From Pelomyxa schiedti (Eukaryota > Protista > Evosea): a stretch of 64,000 bases of DNA. The stretch lies in contig JAHLWZ010000805.1 in assembly GCA_020536535.1 (NCBI GenBank), forward strand, positions 1 to 64,000. Direction: 5' to 3'. How positions within the stretch are numbered: position 1 is the first letter of the stretch; every line of letters starts with the position of its first letter. A program made the translations under genes and the position numbers. This document shows positions 10,615 to 22,000 of this stretch, in pieces. Below the pieces are notes generated by a model. It did no database searches, was not told the origin of the DNA, and saw only the letters and a list, made by a program, of their open reading frames with translations.

Positions 10615-13600
10615 TTAATTTGAGTCCTTTGGCTTGGTGTCATCACCAAGAACGACCTCGACTTCATCAGGGAGTTCTGTCGAGGAAGAGGAGTCCGGGT
10701 GCGCCTTGTCCTTGCTGCTTGATTCATGTGGCTTAGCTGTTACGGGAGGTTCGCCGGCGGCGGACGACGACGAAGGCCTGGGCACTGGTGACAGCACCAT
10801 GATGGAATCTGACACCTTGAGCAAAGTGTCCTTTGGCGGGTTGGTGAACACGTAGGGAAGCTGGTTGTCCTGGCTGAGAGCCGCGCGATATAGCGCGACG
10901 GGTATGAGGCACCGCGGCGCGACGCCGTGGTGCGTCCGGCTTTTGTATTGCACCAAGTATTTGAACAGGTCCTCGAATGTCTTCTGTTCGTGGCTCTGTT
11001 CGGTTTGTTTTTGGTTGGTTGGTTGTCAGGGAATGTGTGTCGAGTATTATATGGGAACTACAACCATGAGGGCTCTTACGAAATCATCGGGCAGGGGGAT
11101 AATGTGAGCTTTACTCTGTGATTCTTGGGTCTGGGTGAAACGTTAGGTAAGACTTGTGGGGTTTTACTGTTTGTTACCTTATTGGCACCGGGAACGAGGT
11201 AAGTCAAAAATTCAAACAAGTGCGGTTGAAGGAAAGGCTAGGGGGAAGATGAGAACTTTTCTGCCTGAATGACTCAGGACTTACTTTAAGAATTAGGGTA
11301 TGCAATGCTTCTGAACTGCTTAGATGTCCCGCAGCAACCATTGGATGTGTATGGAAGGGTAGTGTCGACTCCAACATCGAATTGCAAAAGTAAAGGATAT
11401 CACGTTTGTATTCTATTTGAGGTGAGATAGTAGTACAAATAAAAGGAAGGTGGTACTTAGTTCAAAAATGATATTTGGCTGCGTGGTTTGACCACGGAGA
11501 ACTCTAGCAATGTTTTGCCTGCCAAGTATAACATCCTGAACGGTTCATTGTCAATAAAGAGCTTCGCAATGGAGGCATACAGCATCTGCAGTTTTTGGGG
11601 AGATGTTGTCCACAGCTGGAAGAATTATTGATGCTGCCTCTTTGATATTGACTCGGGAAAGGTCATAAGGGTTGAATACGGTACCCTAAGGGAGTAAACA
11701 ATAAAAACCAAACTCAAATAGAACCTTGATAATGAACAGATTGTCCAAGTTGTTGACCAAAGAAAGTTCGTCAGTGGGATCCTCAGGGCATAAAATTACA
11801 ATGACTACATTTGAGAGCGTGCGAATTGCTACCACAAGTTCGGGTACACTTTGGAAGGTAAGATAGATAGTTAATTAAGAGGGACCGAACCAAGAGAAAT
11901 TTCTTGCGCAAATTACGATGTGCTGTTTCAGGTGGGTAACTTGAAGCTGTTTTTTATCAGAAAATAACTGGGTAATAGCCTCCTCGTATTCAGGTTTACT
12001 CTGTACCTTCAGGAGGGTGAATTTAAAGAATTTTGGTAGGGAGCTTACTGATGGCAATAATGACGACGCTATTTCATCAGGGTGAACATCGGCGAGGCAA
12101 TGCGAAGATAGGATCCTCTGCAATACTTTCTGGTGGGCTTCCGAGCACACTCTTCCTACCAATCCACCACTGGGACCTTCACTCCACTCTGGTACGTGCT
12201 GGGCATTCATCGTGGGACTGCCTATTACTGCATCCTCCCCATCGCTGTCATTGTGTGTAGGAGTACTCGGAGTTTTTGTACTACTATGATCAGAAGGCAA
12301 TAGGGGTGTTGCTTCTGTTGACTCTATTGTGTCTTGGTGGTATTCAACACCACTGCTATTTGTACTGTGCTCGGCATGTTCTAGGTGTCTATGTTTATGC
12401 CGATAATGCCTCGCAACATCTTTAACGGTTTGCTTGTCTTGTGCAAGTACAAAAAGGCATTCTTTTCCTTGCATCCTATACTGATGGCCAGGGTTTACAA
12501 AATACTATTCAATGGAGTTAGGGCTCATCCCACTGTTAGATTTAACTTATGATTGTGCTTTACATACTGCAGGCTTTTTGTCTTGCTTAGTCTGGACGAG
12601 TCCTAATGCCAAGATGGAATTCTCGCAATACAAAATCTATTTATCTCAGTTGCAAAAAGTATGGATGACAGTACATACATAAGCAACATAAGCGAAGGTC
12701 CTCCCAACAAATAAGCTCGGAAGAGTAAATGTGTACATTTCATTTCCAGCACCCTCCACTAGAAAACGGTCAGTTATGTTTCTTAATTTGAGGATAGTCT
12801 AACAATAATTGTGTTTCCACTCTGCTGGGTCATCTGCATCACGTAATGTTGACATTAAGTTGGAAATGAGGGTTGTGAATCCTGGGCAAACAGTATTATA
12901 GCCAAGCATCAGCTGAATGGTCTTTAGCAAATAAAAATTAAAAATACAAATAACCTTGTTTAAACGGGAAAGAGAGTGCACAATGTTTACTTCTTTCGTC
13001 CCCAAAAGAAATTTCTGAGTTAGAATAAGTTCAGTGCGGCGTGTTATATTTAAAAGAGACCTCTGTGACTTGCTTTGCAACTGAGACGTAAATTGGAACT
13101 GCACTGTTGAACTTTCTTATTGCACATACTTTGATCAGGGTGTCTGTGTCTGAGGGGAAAAAACACGAATAAAAATTTACTGAAACAAAAAGCTTAGGTT
13201 GAAACCTGTATCATAGTCTATAGTTGGTGATGCTAAAATAAACACAGCACTAGCATTTTTAATATTACATTTTTCAATCATTTCGGTAGGGTCCTTCAAA
13301 TAGAAAATGAGAATACATGCATTTACAACAAAACACACCGTGCAACTTCCAATGAAAAATGAAACCTTCAGTGGTGAGAAAAGTGCTACAATATGTAATA
13401 CATACCCTCTGAGAAAAGAATGGTTCAATTAAAAGTCTAGCAATAGTTACAAGTGTGCAAGAGTAATTTCCCGCTAATTACCTCTCCATGAGTAAGGGTG
13501 GTTCCTTCTCTGAGACAATAAGCATTTTGGTTTCAGAATTATTGTTGTCCTAGTCACCATGGTAAAAAGTAATTCCGACTCGAAGTGTTAACTACCTCAT

Positions 13601-14858
13601 GATAAAACTCTAAAAGGAAATCAACTAGTTTCTCAAATGAGAGCTGGAAGAGTAATTAAGTTAAAATAACAAGCCAAGGGAAGTCTTCAAGATACATCTC
13701 CACAGACAATGACATGCTGCCGGTCATGAACCTTGGAGTGATACCTTATAATTTGAGAGGAGTTGCATGATTTTCATTGTAGGTACTTGGGAGCGCTTTG
13801 CAACACTGAAACAAGTTGTCCAACTTCCATGGGAACAACACATATAGCTAAACAGATGGAAAGAATAGCAACAAATTTGCCAAGATCTTATCAATATGAA
13901 GAGCTTAGACAGCGCAGAAATAACATAAAATACAACCTGTTGGTGGGCAGATATCTCCATAGCCAACAGATGAGAGTGTCTGTGGAAAAAAAAATAAAAG
14001 GGCTTATGTTTTACCACTAACTTACCACTGTAGCCCAATAGATAGCATGCCAATACTGTATTGGCGGGTCAAAGTCATCGGTTCCATTGTAGACAGCATC
14101 AAAAAGCCCGGCACAACAAAAAACAATGCAAAAAAGTAGGTACACAGCTCTGCACAACTCATAGAAGAAATCGGATATAAGGGCTACAGGGCGTTATTGG
14201 AAATTGAAAGCATAAACGCCATACAAAATGGCCACTGCTGGCGGAATACATGCCACATCAAGACAACATAGATGCACCGTAAAAAATTTAGTTGCACATA
14301 GTCCATGGTTCCAGTATCCCCATAGGTTTCCGCAACATTAACAATGGCTACCAAGATAGGAATCACAGTCACTAAGTCTAGAATAACAAGAGGAGACAAA
14401 ATAGCCCACAACCTATATTGTGTTCTGATGAGTGGGGTCAGAGTCTGTCACTACACACACCGTTCTTTAGATGTGGCAACTCTGTGAATTGCGCCCATTA
14501 CAAAGATGCAAGCACAACAAAGGTCAATCACAAGACAGGCAGTTCCTTGGCCTTCATATGACTCGTACACTGAAAATCCAGCAGAGAATATGTTGATCAG
14601 AATCATGCTAAACTCCTGTTGAAGGTATAAATGAATACTTCCACAAAAATAAGAGTTTTTCGCTACACACCCACGCACGGTAAACTGGAGAATAAGGACT
14701 CGAAAAAAAAGCCACAGGGTTTTTTGTGACATTTATATCCTTTTGCATGGACCTGCACGAGTCAAAAATTCAAGGCTGAAAGTTGTAGAGTAAACGAACG
14801 CTGTAATGGCGTCGTGCATGACCCCGAGTTTGACCTTGTCATTTTCATAAGTGTCCAT
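10615..14858 (-). CDS. BK/Slo-type (RCK-domain) potassium channel alpha subunit, multi-exon
   Basis: TM segments (ILDLVTVIPILV; LNFLR); spliced pore YWATVTLSSVGYGDICP; RCK1 HVIVCGD, CPGFTTLISNL; RCK2 HIVIC, DLSRVNIKEA; C-terminal LYRA...PYVFTNPPKDTLL..SD.I.VL. Start (MDTYEND) inferred. Confidence 0.85.
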
Positions 14859-15007
14859 CCCCAACGAGTTGCCTGGAATTCTGTGAAAGAATGAAAACGA
14901 TTCAACCAGGCGAGATCTCAGAGGGTTCTGAAAAGGCAACGATGATGACGGCTTAAGGAATCGTTGTCGGGCTCTAGGGAGCAAAGTTTAACAAGAGACA
15001 GTCGGTA

Positions 15008-17343
15008 ATGGGCCGAGACGCCAGAGGATTCGAGCGATGTGCTTGTCTCAAAGAAAGATGCGATTGCAAGGAGTTCGAGGCCAACCACGAGGGGCGGTGC
15101 TTTTACTGCGGTCACTTTCCTTCAAGACACACGAATCTAACGACGCAAGCTATCTCCACCGCTCCTTCTACCTCTACTTCTGCTTCTTGTTCGATGTCGG
15201 CTCCTCCTCCCACTTTGGCTACGGAAATCGCTCGTGTGTCCAAGCTACTGGCGGCGCTGGAACCTATTGAGCCCTCCCGCGTATCTGATGCAATTCAGAC
15301 GTTGCAGAAGTTTCCAGACACTATCTTTCACGTATCACGCCTTGCCAGTTACAGCAATGCCGGGCAAGCCTTGGATGAACTGTCCCCAATTGTTCGCCCA
15401 CTACCAGTAGTTTCGACGAGATTTGCAACCCATCCTTGTCAGGCAGTGAACCCAAGAGGTTTGTGTATAAATTTATCTTGTATAGCATTAATTCTTTGTT
15501 CAGTCGAAGGAGTGCGGACCAGTGATATCATTTTAAGCAGAAGGGAACACAAGGTTCAGCAGCTAGTTTCAAATGCGTTTAAAAATGGAGCCATACTGGT
15601 CATCGGCCCTCCTTTTTGTGGGAAGACTTCACTGGCAATGACCTTGATTGGTTCTCAAATCACCAATATTCCAGTACGCCCCTTCGCCTTCCTTTCGTTC
15701 ATCTGACTTGCCAAGATTTTTTCTACAACAATGCTTCGTGATGGTTGTGACAATTTTTGGAGTGACACAAACACCTTTTTGAGGAGGAGACAGGGATTAT
15801 TTGTGATGGATGAAGTTCAGAAAGCCTACTTCTCTGACCAATCTGAGTTCATGTGGCAAACAGCCAAATCTTTGATATTAGAGCCAACCCCTAATTTCGC
15901 GATGTTACTGTTTGCAGTTCATGGTCAGCCAAATGATGGTGGTTTCCACTTTTTTTGTGTTGAATTAAACCCAATCCAGCCACACCACTTTGCTTCCCAC
16001 CCTCAGTTTCACTTGGATTCCTGTGCTTTTCCAAAGTTGACATGCACTTCTTTCTTCTCAATATCAAATTGTTCCTAGGAAGAACTGGAAGAGATACGAC
16101 TGCGTATCAATTCTTATTTGGAGTCCACACAGTCTACAGCAGGGAGTATTAGCCCGCAGGTATTTAATGAGCTCTTCCTACTCACAAATGGGCACCCTGG
16201 GCTATGCAGTACCCTTCTCAGTCATATGTTGAGTCTGGATACCTTGTGTGATAAGGATATTTTTTGATTACTTCATTCAGGTTACTCTTAAGCTAAACAT
16301 TTCCTACTCATCAGTGCTAGAGAGGGCCATTCAAATAGCAATGGAGACCAGATCGGTCATTAATTACAACAGTGACCCTTCGAACAAGGCTTTAGCGCAA
16401 GAAAGAGTGTTAATTGATGAGATGCTGAAGCAGTCTGGTGCTTCAAGGATTAAAGCTATGAAGACACAAAGTGTAGACCCGATTATCAGCCGGCTTGAAA
16501 AAAAGGGGATCATTAATATCAGCAGCACAGGAGTTGTGACTTTTGCCTCACCTTAATTGCAAACTGCTGTAAGTCACCTGCTGCTTTCATAAACTAACTT
16601 GTTTTCAGACTGGTTGATGCTTTACCATGGTGACAAATGTCCTTATCCCGTTGCATGCTCGTCTCTCTTTGATTACGTTCTGGAATCTTTGAAAATTATA
16701 TCCTGGAAGGAACTCCACTATAGTGTTGGGTCTTTAAGTTTGCATTTGTTGCTTTACTGATTCCCCCATAATGCCGGCACAGGTTCTCCCCATCCAAAAG
16801 AGGAGAAGTGAAGATTACTTCTATACAAGGCTTTAAGCTTTTTGCTGCCGTCAGGTACATCTTCCCAGCAAAAAATGAAGCAACGATAAAAACTAATGGA
16901 CACCCAACCAAACAACACTGAATTAGAGTGCTTCGTCGTGCCTGATGTGGGGCCTGAATTTGGGACCAGTGGCTATATGGACCTTTATATCAACAACAAC
17001 CTAGACTGGGCCTTGGAGCTTGTCAACAGAGGTATAGTTTCAAACCCCACATAAACCTAAAACTAAAAGGGCCTCCTCTCTGATTGAAAAAAAGATTTAC
17101 TTAAACATCTTCGAGGATTCGAAGGCCGTGGTTCAGCAATTCATGCTAAGGACTGGTTTCTTTTGGAGATCTGTGACGGCACACCACAACAATACCCAAC
17201 TGACTGCTCGAGGAATCTCAGAGGCGCCGCATCCTTCAATTTGTGTACAAAGGTTCCTCAGGAGTCTGAACTCTATCAGGGTGGTTCCCTTCGTGCACCA
17301 TTTTCATTGAGGGAACAGAGCAGTTTCGTTTCTCATTACTAAG
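15008..17343 (+). pseudogene. Crinkler/CR-effector-type NTPase + restriction-endonuclease-fold gene with two disabling lesions
   Basis: Walker A GPPFCGKTS, Walker B LFVMDEVQ, TNGHPGL, and C-terminal PDVGPEFGTSGYMDLYINNNLDWALELVNR..LKHLRGF. A 1-nt deletion at 16551-16556 (CCT TAA where CCT TTA fits) and a TGA at 16809-16811 in PKEEK*RLLLYKA. Confidence 0.72.
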
Positions 17344-17356
17344 AATTACAAATCAA

Positions 17357-18771
17357 ATGTGTTATAGAAGACGGCGGAGTTCGGCGTCCGTGGTGCCATT
17401 GGTTCCAGCAGAGATCTCAATACAGGGGATAAGACGTGCGCACGGTGTCGGTGGTGTAACGTCGTCTGCGGCAGATCCGGCACACAGCAGCGCAGACGAC
17501 ACACACGCGACTGGAGATCTGCAGAGCCACGGCGATGTTCACGACAAAGGTGCACAAAAACAAAAGCACGCAGGAGGTGTCGGACTGAAGAGCGCGAAAT
17601 CCAAGAAGACCAAGTCCATCATTATCAGCAAGATGACTGCCAAGGCAAAGAAGAAGAAGTCTAGTTTCAGTGGTGAAAGCAGCAGCAGCGGCGATGATTT
17701 TTTGGCACATGAAGACCCGCCCGTTGCAGAATTCCAAAGAACCGCTTCTTCGGCAAAGGGAAAACAGCAGCAGAATGAGAGATCACCTGAGGTTATTCCA
17801 TGTGTAGAATTATTATGTATCACAGTCTGTAGTGTGTGGCCAGAAACACCTGCTTCTTGTGCTAAAAGCTACTAAAGATCAGGTCCAAGTTGGCTGCGTT
17901 GGGCGAAGTATTTCTCAATCTGCCCCCACTTGAAGAAGAAACTGTGGTATTAGACAGTAACTCAAAAGAGGGCACTCCAAGTCAAGAGTCAAAGGATGAT
18001 ACTGATGAAGAACTTACAAGTCAGAGTGAATCCAAACCACCACAGCCACCACCTAACGAACGTGCAACTTCACTATCCCCTGGCACCATTACACATTTAC
18101 CTCAGTCTAGCACTTTGGAACCTGCTTCATCTCCCGCACTTTCAGATTCCCATACAACTTTGAACAATTCCCTGTCTCCCACTTCTCCTTCCCTCATCCT
18201 TCACGATGCTCTTTCCGCACAGCCGAAACCCAACCCATCAGTACTCACGCCTGCCCCCATTTCTACTGCCGCCCCGGCAACGGAGGTTGATTCCTCTGCC
18301 TCCAGCCTTCTACCTGTTCAAACAATTCAACAGCAATCTGCCTCTGAGACAGTTCCACCTGTTTCAAAAATCACACAACCAACATCCACCACAGAAGCTC
18401 TTCAACCTACAGTAATACCCTCAAATGAACCCACGCATCCAGAATCTCAAGCTACAATTACTGAAGACTCAAACCCACCAACCCCCACAGGGATAGTAGG
18501 TACCGGCATTCAATGTAGCCCCTCAACCAACCAACTGGCAGTCGAGAGTAACCTCTTAATTGCTCTAAGCGGAGTTCTAAGTAGACAATCTCCACAATCC
18601 GAACAAGTACAAGCACCATCCCCAAAGAGAGCAAGGGTATCAGAGCCACCACATGTTGGTCCTCAGACAACAACAATTTTAACCCAGGAGCAGCCAACCA
18701 CTACCACGGTACTTGACAGTTATATTCATGGAACAATTTCTCTTATTGACAATACTTCAGGTTTCCCCTGA
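17357..18771 (+). CDS. Hypothetical low-complexity (Lys/Ser then Pro/Ser/Thr-rich) protein
   Basis: Long ORFs 17357-17875 and 17890-18771 with candidate short introns between them; basic NLS-like stretches. Start and end uncertain. Confidence 0.45.
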
Positions 18772-19008
18772 CTCTTCTTGGCCATAAAGAGCCTTACCTC
18801 CTCTGTTGTATTATAGCTGGACTTTTCCTTTTGTTGTTGTGTCTGTGCCTTTGTTTCTAAAGTTCTATTTGGGTGTCCAAAATCCGTCACAGTGCCAGGC
18901 TGCCCAAAAACGGATTTCCGAGAAGGAGGGGAAACTCAAAAACGTACAAAAAGAAAAAACAACAAAGAAACAAACAACACAAAAAAGACCGCGAAAGGCA
19001 AAAAGGCG

Positions 19009-22000
19009 ATGTCGTCGGACGGACATCATCGCAGCAGCGGAAGCACGAGCAGCAGCAGCAGCCACCACTCGTCGTCGTCTTCGTCGCACTCGCACGGGCA
19101 CAGGTACTCGCCTTCGACGGCGGTGTCGTCGTCCCGGAGCAGCTCGTCCGGGGACCGGCCCCACCACAAGCGCACGTCCAGCGACACCGACAAGGCCGCG
19201 CCGCTCATTGCCAGGCCCGTGACCCTGGCCAAGCCCGGCTCCTCCTCCTCCTCCTCCCCTTCTTCGGCACTCACGTCGTCGTCCTCGTCCAAGTTGCCGA
19301 CCCTGACGCGGCTCAACACCCCCCCTTCTTCCTCCTCGTCTTCGACCCACTCGTCGTCGTCCTTGACGAGGGCGTCGTCGAGGGATAGCCTCACGTCCTC
19401 CTCCTCCTCGTCGTCGTCGCCCTCTAGGCACCATAGCGGGGGGGACAGCACGGCCGTGTCGGAGCGCGACAGGCGGCACCACGAGTCCAAGCCCGCAGCT
19501 CCCTCCTCCCTGTCCGTGTCATCCAGCGTCGACCCCGCCCCGGCAGCAGCAGACGCCGCCGAGGCCACGCCGACAATGGGCGCCGCGACGACCACCACAG
19601 CCGCCACCACCTCCACCTCCACCACCACCACCAGCACAAGCACAAGCACAACGACCAAGGGGAGCGTGGACGGCGATGACAAGGAAAGGAGCAGCAGGGA
19701 CAAGTACGATGAGAGAGATCGGGAGAGGGAGTCCAGAGACAAGGAGAGGGATAGGGGCGACAGGCACTCCAGCGACGACAGGGACAGGCACTACAGCGAG
19801 GAGAGGGACAGGCACTATGGCGACGAGAGAGACAGGGACCGGTACTACAGGGAGGAGCGGGACAGGAGGTACGACGAGAGGCACTCGCACGACAACAGGG
19901 ACAGGAGGTACTACGAGGAGAGGGACAGGTACTACGAGGAGAGGGAGAGGCACCGCAGGGAGCGCGACTACTACTACCACCGCGACCGGTACCGCGACGA
20001 GAGGGACAGGGACAGGTACCGCGACGAGAGGAGCAGGTACCACGACCGAGATAGGGATCACGATCACGACCGCGACCACGACCGCGACCGAGACTACAGG
20101 GGCAGCGGCGGCAGGTACTCTGAGCGCGTGAGATACATGCGAGATCGCGGGTGGACGACCAACAGGTACAAGAGCTACCAGAAGCACTCCAGGGCCACGG
20201 AGCCTCCCGCGGACGAGGCGCCCGCGCAGATACCCGGGCCAGCAGTCCCTCTTGGCCCGCCGCCCCCGGGGCCTGCAGCGCCCCCAGGGAAACCTCCGGG
20301 GCCTGGGGTTCCTCTTGGGCCCCCGCCAGGGCCACCACCAGGCAGCCCAGGTGGCAAGGGGCCTGGTGTCCCGTTAGGGCCCCCTCCTGGGCTCCCGCCT
20401 GACGGTACGTCGTCGAAGATAAGGGCTTCCCGTGTGTCCTTGTCTGGGGGGAAGGAGTTTGTGTTGAACAATCTGGCTATCTACAGCGACAAAGATGAGA
20501 ACGCGCTAGAAGATGTCTTTGCATTACTTGTTTTGAAGGCGCCTCAGTGAGTCCACAATTCATTGTTTAGGTCTCAATATCTTCATAGGACGTTTGGAGA
20601 CATTTACTCACTTGTAAGCCCTGACAAATGGGATGAAATCTCTGAGTTATTCATCAATCTCTCTTTAAGTCGAGGTGTAACACTACAGTGTGTACTCCCA
20701 CAAACCACTTTACCCCATATAATGCCTTTTCAAGTTTATTGCGCTATTTTATTGAAGAGGAACTTCAGTCACATGTGGGCACTGCAAATACTGCATTCCG
20801 TGAAACCTCAATTGTCTACAAACTTTCAAAATCCTTCCTTCGTACGATGTTTGGAGGCACCTGACCCTTTTAATATGAATTAGGCAAAGTTGGACTCAAA
20901 TACATCAGTGATCTTCTTGGACCCACCATGACCCAACTCTGCAACGATACTAAAATATCATTTGAAGTAGACCCAAGGTTCGCTCCTTTCTCTGTTTCCG
21001 TTTTTTTATTCATTTGCCACAGTGTTGTATCTGCTGATGAAGTTAAAAAGAATAAAGTTGAACTTACCAACCGAGCCGAATCTATCATTGCCAAACTTAT
21101 TTCCCCCCCTATGGTGGAGCGATTACCCCCAGCCATAAGGTGATTTTTTTTTCCCCCTCCTTCTTACAAGATCCTAGGACGGTGGCCTGGTTTTTACTTG
21201 AGCGCTCACAAGCAATACTCCCTGATGCCAAGCCTCTCCTTTTCGTGGCAAGTTTTATTCTCAGGTACAGCTTGAACAAGTGATAATAACTAACTTTCTT
21301 TTCAGATACATCAATCCGGCAATTTTTTCACCGGAGCAATATGGGCTTGCCAATGCGGCTAAGATTACTCAAAAAACTCGACGGAACCTTACACTACTCA
21401 GTAAAGTCATTCTGGTATCATCTACAATTTCCTGTTGCCATTTCTCATTAATTGCATGATTTAGGCTATCGGAAATGGAACGACTTTTGGGCAGAAAGAA
21501 CCTTTTATGTCAGTATTTAATGAGTATATTGAAGAACACTCCAGTCGTATACAGCAGTACCTACAGAATATCAGTGTAGAGCAGGCAGATTGGATGAGTG
21601 TTCCTGTTGGTACGGCAAGAGTAGACATATGTGGAATGCTTATTTTAAATGTAGATGCTGAGCCAAATGTTGGGGCCAAAGAACTATTTTACTTCCATCA
21701 AATACTATGGGAAGTTAAGAAGGTCATTCCCTCCTACATCACCGTGGAAGACAAGCAAAGTAACAACAGTGTGCTCACTTTAACCGCTTGACCACTCTCA
21801 GATTTGAAAAAAATCACACAAAGCTTAAATTCTCTTGAAACTCAGCTTGTTTACACTTCTCTGGAAGGACCAGAACAAAGTAATTTTTACTATAACATTT
21901 ACTCGCAATTACTCATTCCCTCACTAGGAGTTGTCAAAGACCTTCAGCTTAGAGATATGGAAGACATCGTTTTCCTTGGCCGTCTTACCAAACAGGGAGA

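Noticed and set aside
11392-11400. U12-type donor-like ATATCCTTT in the BK gene (also GTATCCTTT near 43600 in midasin)
   Set aside because: Both lie within continuous, sensible coding frames (KRDILYF; LVSFG).
16554-16811. Stop-codon reassignment or programmed frameshifting in the CR gene
   Set aside because: TAA, TAG and TGA all end intact genes in this window, Trp is TGG elsewhere, and the conserved genes I traced show no such interruptions. Pseudogenisation or assembly error is simpler.
18865-20471. Long antisense and alternate-frame ORFs over GC-rich exons (also 425-1799 and 26556-27673)
   Set aside because: Shadow ORFs of GC-rich low-complexity coding sequence, with no domains or splice logic.
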